The notes under the pieces were generated by a model. It saw nothing but the letters and a program-made list of their open reading frames with translations. It searched no databases and was not told the origin of the DNA. Shown here piece by piece: positions 32,800-52,689 of a stretch of DNA of 64,000 nt. The translations under genes were made by a program, and so were the position numbers. The stretch comes from the human T2T-CHM13v2.0 reference genome, Homo sapiens, in NCBI RefSeq assembly GCF_009914755.1, contig NC_060937.1. The stretch is one strand, 5' to 3'. Position 1 is the first letter of the stretch, and every line of letters begins with the position of its first letter.

Positions 32800-33830
32800 C
32801 TAGCGCTCAGGCCAGGCCCCTGGCGGGGAGCCTCCAAGGGATGACAGCGTGGCCCGCCCGAGGCCACAGGGAGGTGGGCGAGCTGTCACCTTCGATGGGA
32901 CAGCCCGGGCTGCGTCCTGAGCACCCGGCCTGCCCAGGTGGCCTGGATCCTCGGCGGGGTCCCCATCCCTCTGCTCCGAGTGCGCCGAGGGCCGCGTGGA
33001 GCCCGGAGCGCCAGGGAGGGAGCCTGGAGGGCCGCCTGTCTTTTCGAGCTGCGCTTCCAGGGACTTCGCGTTTGTGCCTGGCGGGCTGCGGTTGGAAGAA
33101 AAGTGCCAACATGGCAGCTCCAGGGTCAGGCCCCTTCTTCCAGGAGGCGTTTCTCAGCCACACCAACGCGGCACTTCTTTTCCCTTTTGGCACAGAAGTG
33201 AGGAAGAGCAGCTGAGCTGGTCTCGGTCTCCCAGCTCCTGCAGTCTGAGGACCCCGGGATGCTCCAGCCAGGGCAGACCCGCGCGGGGGGTGCCCTTCCC
33301 CCACCCCCTTCCCTGCGGGATGCCCCCTTCCCTCGCCTCCCCCGCGGGGTGCCCCTTCGCTTCCCTCCCCACCCCTTCCCCGCGGGGTGCCCCTCCTCCC
33401 GGTGTCGCCTCCTTTCAGGTGCCTGCCCCTCCCCCATGTGTCTCCGCCCACGTCCGCCCCACCCCCACGCGTGTCGCCCCCGCCCCGTGTCCTCCCCCGC
33501 CCCTGTGGAAGGGAGGCTGGGGCTCCCGGGACCAGCAGGGAAGCAGCTGGCAGAGAACGTTGAGTGTTCTCTCTGCCAGGGCCTTCACCACCCTTTTCGG
33601 GGCCCTCACCCCGACCCACACCGCTTCCATTCTTGGGTGCAAAGGGCCTTCCTTAACAGTCGGCGGCAGCTCTGGGGCCGGCGCATTTTTTTCTGTGGGG
33701 GACACCCGGCACAAGAAGGGTGGAGGAATGGGGCTGCGCGTCACTCCCACAGCTTCTTAGAGAGCTGTTCGCAAGGAGGACCGAGTGTCACGTGAGTGAG
33801 CTGGAGGAGGTCACGTTACCTTCCTCCTGT
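32800..33830. promoter_or_regulatory. Orphan CpG island 1
   Basis: Abrupt GC/CpG enrichment in non-repeat sequence; GC boxes, a YY1-like AACATGGC and GTCACGTGA at 33787-33795. Confidence 0.8.
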
Positions 33831-33883
33831 GAGAGGCTCAAACACAGCTCAGGATTTTACCAGTATGGAGAGAAGAAACCTTC

Positions 33884-34070
33884 AGGCGGGGCGCGGTGGC
33901 GCTCCTGTGGCCCCAGCTACTCTGGAGGCCGAAACAGGAGGATTGCTTGTGCCCGAGTCGAGGCTGCAGTGAAGCCGATTGTTTCACTTTACTCCAGCCT
34001 GGGCAACAGAGCAAGACCCTGCCCCGACCCCCAAACACACACACACACACACACACACACAGAGAGAGAA
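33884..34070 (+). mobile_element. Free Alu monomer (FRAM/FAM-like) followed by (CA)n(GA)n
   Basis: Single right-arm-like monomer, then acacacac...agagag. Confidence 0.75.
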
Positions 34071-34533
34071 AGAAAAAGAAACTTTCGGGAACCGGACAGC
34101 TTTTCTGTGCACTGGAAGGCACTCACCCCCCTGGCCTGGTAGACTCCTACCCATGAATCTGATGTCAGCTCAGACGTCTTCCTCCAGCTGCCTGTAGGAC
34201 GCCTAGACCAGAAAGGGCGCCTCTAGATGCCCTCCTAGTTCTCAGGCCTTTTTCTTCATAGCACGTGTCACCGTTTGTGAGAACAAGTGATTTCTATGAT
34301 TGAGAACTGTCTCCCCTTCTCGTCTGTGAGCCCTGTCAGTTCGGGGTGTCTGATTCTGCTCCCATGCTCAGTACCCAGAGGCTGATACATAGTATGCACT
34401 CGATAAAAAAAGGTTTTTGAGTGAATGAATCAATGTATCTGATCCCAGCTCTGCCTTTTACTAGCTCTGTGACACACTCAGATACTTAGCGTCTCTGAGT
34501 TTTACCTTCCACATGTGCACAGTGGTGCTAAGT

Positions 34534-35931
<1,398 letters not shown>

Positions 35932-35989
35932 TGTCAGAGACCAATACTGTAGGGAATTTGTGTTCATTGACTGAGCTCAAGTACATAGA

Positions 35990-36378
35990 ACAGCTGGAGG
36001 GAAGAGACGCGCAGGGCAAGGTATGAGGTGGGGGCTGCAGGTGCACCACATTCCCACAACTTGGAAACTCTTCCAACCTGCTTGTTCAAGAGCTTTTTTA
36101 GAGCTTGATTTCTAGTCCCCTCCCCTTCTCACAGGTCTAGGGGTGAGGCTGAAGGATCCAACCTCCTACTTACCTGGTCTTTCCGGTGACCAACCCCATC
36201 CTGAAGCTATCTAAGGGTTCACCCTAAGTCACCTCAGTAGCATAAACTCAGATGTGATCAATAGGTGCTTCATTATGAATAACAAAAGACACTACTATCA
36301 CTCAGGAAATTCTAAGGGCTTTAGCGGCTCTGTGCTAGGAACCAGGGACAAAGACCAAATATATTTCTCTAAATGTAC
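35990..36378 (-). mobile_element. MER21 LTR fragment
   Basis: atgaataacaaaagacact...actcaggaaattctaaggg...ggaaccagggacaaagaccaaatatat. Confidence 0.75.
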
Positions 36379-36379
36379 C

Positions 36380-37720
<1,341 letters not shown>

Positions 37721-38182
37721 AGGGACTTTGTTTTGTTCACTCCTGTATCTGCAGTGCCAGAAGAGTGCCTAGCACATAGAGTCTTCATAAGTGTTTGTTT
37801 AGTTACAAATAGATAAAATGAGATGTGCTCTTTCCAGGCCTCTGCTGTCCCTGTTCCACAAAATAAGACCACTAGATGAGGCCAGCTCCAAGGCTCCTTC
37901 CAGCTCCTCTGTGACTCTTAACTCATGAAATGCTTTCCAGACTGGAAGGGAGCATTTGCCGAACACACTTGGGGTGGAGGAGAATGGAGACACCCAAATT
38001 TATTTTCAATACATTCTGTGTTGGAAGAGGGACATTGTAGGACATTTTCCCTCTTATCCTATTCTCAGTAGTGTTATTCAGCCCAGATCCACAGGAAGGT
38101 CTCACAACTTGAAACTGTGTATCCAGGGCATCCCCAGACAGGAGGGTTTTTAAAGAGAACATTAGGAAAGCACACAATTTAA

Positions 38183-39600
<1,418 letters not shown>

Positions 39601-40725
39601 CAATTGCTCTGATGTTGTAAGATAATGCACTTATTTTCTATATGAAGGATAGTGATATATGCATATTTTCAAAGAGATTTTTGTTTCATTTATCACATGG
39701 TAGCCAGTACAGTTGCCAGAGAAAGTAACTGAAGACAAACAATTCTGCCGTTGTTAGGAATTTATTGTCAGTCACAGAGCATGTGATCTGGCTAAATATA
39801 GACTTCAGAATTTCTAAGAAACAATACATGTAAGATAATTCATTAACTCCCTACTACTCGTTTTCTTTATCTCTTTGGGTAGTCCAGTTAATAGTAAAGT
39901 GTTATTGAAAATAAAAATTTACAGGTTTTTAGCTCTGTCCTGTTCAATATTTTTACCAATGACTTGAATAATGACAGAGAAAGTCCATGTACTTCATTTT
40001 CCAGTGACGCCAAGTTAATACAGTAAATGACTCAACTAGTTGGGCTGGCACCCAATTAACAAGATGATTCAGCGAGGACAGTGTTGGATGTTCCACTGAG
40101 GCTGGATGAAAAATGCCCATTGCAGGGGTCCCAGAATGCAGAGGCTTTTCTGGGCAGCTGTTCATGTGAGGAAATCAAATGAGATAGTGTAAGTGAGAGC
40201 AGTTTGTAAACTGTGCATTTACAAATGTTAGATATTTTATCAGTAAAAGTCCTGGGATTTCGTTGTCTACAAGCCCATAGTGAGCCCACATGGAGACAGA
40301 GGCAGCTGAGAAGGAGTGGTCCGGTGAGCAGACACAGAAGGAAAGAGAGCAACAGAAAAGCAGCCGTGGGCAAAGCCCCCAGGAAAAATGCTGTGGGCAA
40401 GAGCAACTGATGGATGCTAAAACCCAGGGGGAAATTGTGAGGAGACAGGCTTTGCATAATCTCAGAGTATTTCCCCAAGTTGTTAGCTTTATAGTAGAGA
40501 AACTGGGAAGATGCCCCGTAACCAAACAGCCAAGGTGTGCTTAACAAAGTCACTATGGTATCATGCACCCCTTGGTGTGATGCACTGAGAAGGGCACACT
40601 TCATTTCTGTGGTCATCTTGCCAAAAATGTCAGACGACCAACCACCTAAAAAGGAAGCAGTTAAGTAACTTTGGGAATTATCTAGGTTGCAGGTATATTC
40701 GTGCCTGTCTTTGCCTTGTAAATAA

Positions 40726-42010
<1,285 letters not shown>

Positions 42011-42049
42011 ACCTGGACCAAGTCTTGATTCTCTCTGGTTCCTCCCAAC

Positions 42050-43450
42050 TGAAACATCAGGATGCCGCCCCGGGTGTCCATGGGGCTGGGGAAGTTGCTG
42101 AGCAACCTTGCCCTGCGAGAGCGAAGGCGGGCGTGTCCCTCGGGGGCGTACCCCGAGTGGGCAGCAGGGCCAGCCCGCGCGTCCCTCAGGGTCAATGCTG
42201 GGGCCCTGAGGGTGAGGTCAGCTGTGAGGTGAGGTCTGGTGGCCGAGGGGAGGTGCCCAGCGTGCGCGTCCGCATCCGGCGGGCGACAGAGCAGCCCCGG
42301 AACAGGAGCTTCCCGGCACCGGCCGTGGCGTGGCGCCCTCCGCTGGGCCGTTCTCCCCCGCAGCCGCTAAGTCAGCATCGCCTACTTTCCCACTCTCGAG
42401 TTTGCCCCTCTTTGCTGCCCGGCAGCTGGGTGTCCCATGTCCCCTGCCCGCCAGTGTGCGACCGCGGCCTCCCGCGGGGCGGTGACGGCCCCTCTCCTTC
42501 AGCCTGACCGCCGCCAGCTCCCTCGGCGTGTCCGGGGTGGCCAGGCCTTGTTTAGAGTAGCTCCAGCGTTTGAATCGCGCAGGCACAAGAAGGCCGTCTC
42601 CTCACCGCGGGCCAGCGGGGCCGGCCAGGGCCCGGGCGGAGGGGGAGCCCGGGTTCCGCGGTCGGGTTGTGGGGCCGGCGCTGACCTCACCGCATGGGCC
42701 CCTGCGGCCGCCGTGGCTTCTCACGCGGCCTGACTTTGGACTCGAGTGCAGGCTCTTAGCTGAATCTCTGTGTAGACAGGGTGGGTGGGACTCCGCCCTG
42801 GGGTGGCGCTGGGGGCTCGGGTCTCCCGCCGCAGGCCTGTCAGCGGGGCGCTTCCCGTCGATTCCAGGAGCGCCCGCGTCTCTGCTCAGCGCCACGAGTC
42901 CAAGCGTGGGGGAGGACGAGACTTTCAAGGCGGGGGGTGACAGTGCCATCCAGCCCAGAATACCCACCCCCAGTGGCGGGCTGCCGTGCCCAGGCCCTGA
43001 TCCCTGCCCCTGCAAACATCACTTTCTATCGCCCACGGGGCTCTGCAGATGTGGCCAGGCTAAGGGTCCAGAGTTAGGGAGATTGTCCTGGATGATCCGG
43101 GCGGACCCTAAATGTCATCAAAGTGTCCTCGTAGGAGAGGGAGAGGAGGCGACCGTGGGGGCAGAGGCTGGAGGACCGCGGCGCCCGGGACCTGCCCGCA
43201 CCTGACTGCAGCCAGGTGGCGCCGATTCCGGACGCCCAGAACTCTGTGGGAATGCAGCTGTACTGTGCGGCGTGTAAACCACCGCATCTGTGGGATTTTG
43301 TTAAAGCAGCCACGGGACCACTCCACCCCCTCCAGCTGTGGTCCTTTACCCGGCGGCGGCCACCTGGCAGCAGCCCGGTTCCCCATCCTGCGGGGTTCCT
43401 CCCGCCCGCAGACCGGCTCGGCCATAAAAACCTTGCTGAGAATCAAAGAG
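42050..43450. promoter_or_regulatory. Orphan CpG island 2
   Basis: ~1.4 kb dense in CpG and GC, with several GC boxes (gggcgg). Confidence 0.85.
42990..43320 (+). mobile_element. MLT1 (MaLR) LTR embedded in the CpG island
   Basis: ctgcagatgtggccaggctaaggg...gggagattgtcctggatgatccgggcggaccctaaatgtcatcaaagtgtcct...ccagaactctgtggga...gtgggattttgttaaagcagcc. Confidence 0.65.
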
Positions 43451-43792
43451 AGAGAAATATATGGAACGGAAGAGTCGACGATTTTGTGTAAAGTTTAGGG
43501 TTTGTATTCATCGATATATATTTACATATATGCACACGCAAATATGTATGTTTCCTTTGAACTCAACTTTATTGGCACAAAATTTACATATAACAATATA
43601 GATTTATTTTAATGATGCAGTTTAGTGAATTTTGAAAAACCTCCATACCTGTGCAGGCGCCACCATCGCGGTGGTGAGGACGGAGGCGGCTCTGGAGCTT
43701 ACCCCTGGAGTGCGTGTGGTTAGAGAAGCCTTGAGACTCGGGCTCCCATCGGTGATGCTAAGTTTTCATTTTTCTTAAGAAAAATGTTCTTC

Positions 43793-45465
<1,673 letters not shown>

Positions 45466-46499
45466 GAGGTAAATGCTAAAATGCAGGTGGGATGTGCTTT
45501 CTGATTACTGCACTTTCTGTATGGTTTTCGGAGACCCTGAAAGTGAAAATTTGTAGCTCAGGGCTGCTTTTAAGACCACTCTGTTCAGTTCTGCCACAAG
45601 TGACCCGCTGTGCATGTATATAGTTCCTCAGCACCCTCAGCCCACAGGCGCCACTGGGGAAGTGGGGGAGGCCAGGCCCATTAAGGCTGCGGCTGGGGGA
45701 CCTGGGGGCTGTGCCTCAGCTCCCTCTCCACTCTCACCCCTCTGCCAGCCTCCTCCAGGCGCCAGGAATGTACCTGTCTACTCAGGCTGTAGCCAGGATT
45801 AAGAGCTTTCTCACGGCTTGCTGAGCTCATGCTTGAGAATAACTGACTTTTGAGGGTTATTCTCCCCTCCCCTCTTTAATTTGCTTTGAACTTTCAAGAA
45901 AAATCGTAAGGAAGGGCACCTCCTATATTCTGTAAAAGTCTCTATTTCCTTATTTGGTATTTGGAGCCCAGTGAAGCCCTTTGAGGCTGCAGGTCCTCTC
46001 CCCCAGCCCATTACTGGACAACATAATCCGCAGTTCTGTGGGAAGCAGGAAGCGTCAGGTCCACTTCTGTGTGCATCGCACCCATGAATGCTGCACAAAG
46101 GTAGATGAACAAGTACCAACTTTTCTGGAGAAAGGTCAGCTCATTGGCGCCTGTGTCTGTTGAGTGAATTATCAGCCCTATCAGAACCTAGTAGAGCAGA
46201 GGTTGCAAGTGTGTGATTTGGTGGCCTGGATGTGACTGTCTGACTCCCACAGTGTTTAACCAGGTAGGCATTCATTCATTCATTCATTCAGCACATATTT
46301 ATCGAGAACCTACTCCGTGCCAGCATTGTGCCTAGAGTTCGACCCAGGCAAACACAAAAGCCACAAAGCTAGAGCGGGGAAGCAGACGATCAACAGAACA
46401 GGTTGTGAGAAAGTGATCCATACTTTCTCTAGAGGAAGGGGGTGCGGAGTGTTTTGGGGATGGCCTTGCTGACAAGGCTTGGAAAAATTCCTTCTCTGA

Positions 46500-46750
46500 T
46501 GTAAAACCTTACAGAAGTTGCTACTCACGCAACTCCTGAGAGCTTACTGGGAAGCTGTGATCACCAGTTTCCGGTGTTTCTGTTTATTGGGAGACTGCCT
46601 TTCCCTGGCACTGGCTGTGACCAGTTATTATTTTAGAGAGAGTGTGACAACTGCCTGACCATCACCTGATGGTCGCCTGACATTCCTGGTGGGGTCGGGG
46701 GAGACCTCTCCTGCCATGCTCAAGCCTGACTAGCCACCTCCTGCAGCGTA
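46500..46750 (-). mobile_element. MER50-like ERV1 LTR fragment, preceded by L2 at ~46270-46470
   Basis: ttgggagactgcctttccctggc...aactgcctgaccatcacctgatggtcgcctgacattcctggtggg. Confidence 0.75.
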
Positions 46751-47179
46751 CCTCATGTGGCTACAAAAGCTGCCCTCAGCAAGCCTCTAATCCAGAGCTC
46801 ATTCCAAGCATTGGGTACAATTTCTTACTGCCCCTATGAGGTGTTCTACAGAATCCACAGAGAGGGAATCCCGGCAGGGCTGCCAAGGAGGTGAGCTGCA
46901 GTGATGAGACAATAGTGAGCGGGCCCGCTGTGTAGCCAGCCTGAAAAACGAGCGTCTTCAGTCCACACAACAGAGAAACAATTTCTCCCTGAACTGGGAA
47001 AGTAGTACATACAGCAAAACAACCAGCCAAGCTGACAAAAAAAATAAGAGTTATTATGTCCTAAGTGCCTCCAAGGTAGCACAAACATAGTAGCATGGCA
47101 GCCTCATTCCCACTGGCTCTGAGGTGCAAAGAAACTGTAGCTCATTTCCTTTTTTTTTTTTTTTAAACAATTTCTATTT

Positions 47180-47650
47180 TTATTTAAAAAATTTTTGATT
47201 GTGGTAAACAGAATCAAAACATATAACATAAAATTTGCCAACATTAAGTGCATTCACACTGTTGAGCAGCCATCATCACCATCCATCTCCAGAACTCTTC
47301 CATCTCCCCAGCCTGAAACTCTGCCCCCGTTAAACACTCCCCCACCCTGCCCCTCCACCCAGCCCCTGGCAACCACCATTCTGCTTTCTGTTCTATGATT
47401 TTGATCCCTCCAGATACTTCATGAATGGGAACCATATAGTCTCCGTCCTTTTGTGCCTGGCTTATTTCACTTAGTAACATGTCTTCAAGGCTCATCGATG
47501 TGGCATGTGTCAGAATTTCCTTCCTTTTTAAGGCTGAATCTATTTATTGTATGGACAGATCACATGTTGTTTCTCCACTCATCTGTGGATGGACATTGGG
47601 TCGCTTCCACCTTTTTGCTGTTGTGAATAGCCCTTCAGTAACTATGGGTG
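47180..47650 (-). mobile_element. L1MB 3' end
   Basis: cattcacactgttgagcagccatcatcaccatccatctccagaac...ggcttatttcacttag. Confidence 0.85.
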
Positions 47651-48331
47651 ATGCTGCTTGTTTTTTTTCACAGATTGGGTCCCCTTCATGAGCCTGGCCC
47701 ACTGGGAGTGTGTGGGGACAAACTATGAGTCACTGACGTCCCCAACGTGAAAGGAGCTGAGGGGAGTCTGGGGCCCCCTCCCCCTTGGACTGATCTTGGA
47801 ATAATATCAATTTGATTCTGACATCATGAAGTATTCTTACCCCTTACAGTGACTGGGGTGTCATCTCCATTTCACCAAGGGGAAACTGAGGCCCAAAGAG
47901 GGAAACTGTCTAGAAGTCACTCAACTAGTATGTGACAGACCTGGGTCGACACCTTACTGGTTCCAAAGTGTGGGACTCCCTTAATATTCATGACACTACG
48001 CTTTTTTTGTAATTTTATGGTGTTTAATGGTGATTTTTATGATTGGATATGTCTTAACATCTGAGAATGCAGTGAACACATTACCATCCTCCCTTCAGGC
48101 AACCCTGTGACACGATTTTTAGTTCCATTAGGTGGCAGTGACTGAGAGTGACAAACAGGTGCCCTAGGTTCTGCCCTGGTGCCACCTCTAGCACCCACAG
48201 ATGTGTTGTCTGTTGGCCTAGAAACTAGGAAAAGTGGGCACATACTTTCTTTGGGGAAATGAAAGAAAGCATTATTGTTTTTTCTTTTTCCTAGCAAACA
48301 CATTAACCTCTGGAAGTGGACACCCAGCTGA

Positions 48332-49090
<759 letters not shown>

Positions 49091-49589
49091 AGATTTTTTT
49101 TTTTTTTTTTAAAGAACTATAAACCTTTTGTTTTTCTCACTAGAAATGTAATGAAAACTCATAAAATGGTTCAAAGAAGATTCACATCAGGGCCAATAAC
49201 AGTATTCTGTGTTGAGTTCAGGGCTTGTCGAACTGACACAGGACCAAGCGCCAGGATGAGGACAGCCGAGGGTGACTGTACCCAGGCCATTTGCCTTCTT
49301 CTGCACCTGCCCTCCCACACCTGCCCTTCGAACCCCTCCACCCCCATAACTCCCATCCCAAAGGCCTGCTGCTTTTCCCTGAGGAATTTTAGTGTGAATA
49401 ATGACAAGAGAAAGGGTGGGCGGTTGTGACATAAACAGGGGACAAAGAGGGCAGCTTTGGGGAGGAAGCCATTTTCTGTCTCTTGCTCTAGGTATGTTCA
49501 GGTCCACTAAGCTGTATGCGTAGGCATGCACCATTTTCCTTATATATTTTAGTTCAATTTGAAATGGGATTCTTATGGGCTTCTTGAAT

Positions 49590-50925
<1,336 letters not shown>

Positions 50926-51249
50926 TAAAACTGTTTTGTTTTGAAATAAAGGTAAACCATAAAAATGGGTAGGCAGATGAAAATTTTGGTCAGCCCGCGG
51001 ATTATTTTTATTTACCCTGAGGCTTGCGTTTATTAAGCATCACTATGGGTTAAGGACTAGGCAAAGCATTTTAAGTTCATTCTTATTTACTCCTTGCAAC
51101 TTTACTTCAATTTTTCAGACAAGAAAACTCATCATCTATAAAGTCAAAGGCGTTAGATAACTTTCCCAAAGTCATGTTGTGGGAGAAGAGAGGTGCAGGA
51201 TTCAGCCACTTGTCCATGACCACAACGGCTCACCTGGACTCGGGCGTGG

Positions 51250-52010
51250 AACTGTCCACCGTACAGGATCGTTACGGGTTCCTGGTGAGGAGACTCCCTT
51301 CTAATGGATAGGACCGTGCAGACGATAAAGCCCACAGAAAGCGTCTCTTTCTACGCTCGGCCAGCCTGGGTTTTGTGGCGCCAGCAGCAGGCGCTGTGGT
51401 TCCCCGGCGTCCCTCCGGGGCCTCCCGCCGCGATTTGCGCAGCGCACTTGTTCCCAGGTGTGCCAGCGCCCTGCGCAGCGGCCCAGCCAACCCAGGCTCA
51501 GACTCAGGTCTGCGCCGTTTCCTCGCCACGCTCCCCCGAGGGAAACGGTCCTGATGCGTGTGTCCAGGCTTTTTTTTTTTTTTTTTAAGACTTTAAACGG
51601 TCCTGATCCGTGTGTCCACGCTTTTTTTTTTTTAAGACCCTGGACGACAGGGTCTTGCTCTGTCGTCCAGGCTGGAGTGCAGTGGCGCCATCATGGCTCA
51701 CTGCAGCCTGGAACTCCCAGGCTCAAGCGACCCTCCCACTCAGCCTCCCAAGTAGCTGGGATTGCAGGCGAGGGCCACCGTGCCCGGCCTATTTTTTTTT
51801 TTTTTTTTTTTTTTTGAAGAGAGGAGATCTCCTTGTGTTGCCCAGGCTGCACTCGTGCCTTCTTACCACGGCCCCTCTCGTCTCGTCAGTGCCACCCGCG
51901 CACTGTCCCCAGGGTCCGGGCCGCCCTGGCCCGCAGTGAGCAAGGGACCCATAGGCTGCGGCCCGGGACTGTTTAACATTTCCCTCCACAGGCCGCGACT
52001 GTCTTCCCCA
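51250..52010. promoter_or_regulatory. CpG-rich patch 3, just downstream of the GJA3 poly(A) site; includes a CpG-retaining AluJ fragment ~51645-51860
   Basis: High CpG density at 51340-51550 and 51870-52000. Confidence 0.6.
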
Positions 52011-52689
52011 AACTGTCCATCAGGACAGGTGTTTGCACTTGTCGGCAATATGGGAAACTCCCACCAATTTGTGTTTGGAAGAGCTGAGTTTTGAGTTTTG
52101 GGTGTGGAGCTTTGAGAGCTTTCCAAGGCCCCAGGCCGGCTGCTTTGTGTTATACTGTGTCCCTGGAAATCATCTCACACCTGGGTTCATAAAGCAGGAA
52201 CGCTGCAGGTGGGAAATGCGTTCCTTATCAAGCGCTGAAAATCAGAGGCATTCCAGTGTTGCCAACAGTGTCACAGAGGTAGATACATCGGGCCCCTTAC
52301 GTAGAATTCCATGCGGGACAGCTTCCCAAGAACCACAGACTCCAACCTCCTAAAGCAAAGATCTCTCTCTCTTCTGAAGCCCCATGAAGCTTAAGAGAAC
52401 GCTGCTCAAGGGGGGACTTAATGAGACAGGAAGAAGGTGAACTTTTATATTATTTCTTCAGAAGAACTCACTGCAGGCATCAGCAATGCTTGAACCCTGG
52501 GAGAATGTGTGTTTTTGCTCTGGGGAAAGCCTGTGAGAGAGGGGACAGCCCCTGCAGTGACTTCTCAAATTGCTTCTGTTAGGAAAAAAGGTCTTCCTCC
52601 TTATGATATCTAAGACAACAAAAAGTGTGATTTTGAATACCTGCTTAGGGAGTCTGCCAATGAAAATAACCAACTGCAGAACTAGTGGT

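Noticed and set aside
32807-33795. Long overlapping ORFs (270, 254, 178 aa) in CpG island 1
   Set aside because: G/P/R/A-rich low-complexity products of high GC in all frames; no domain recognisable.
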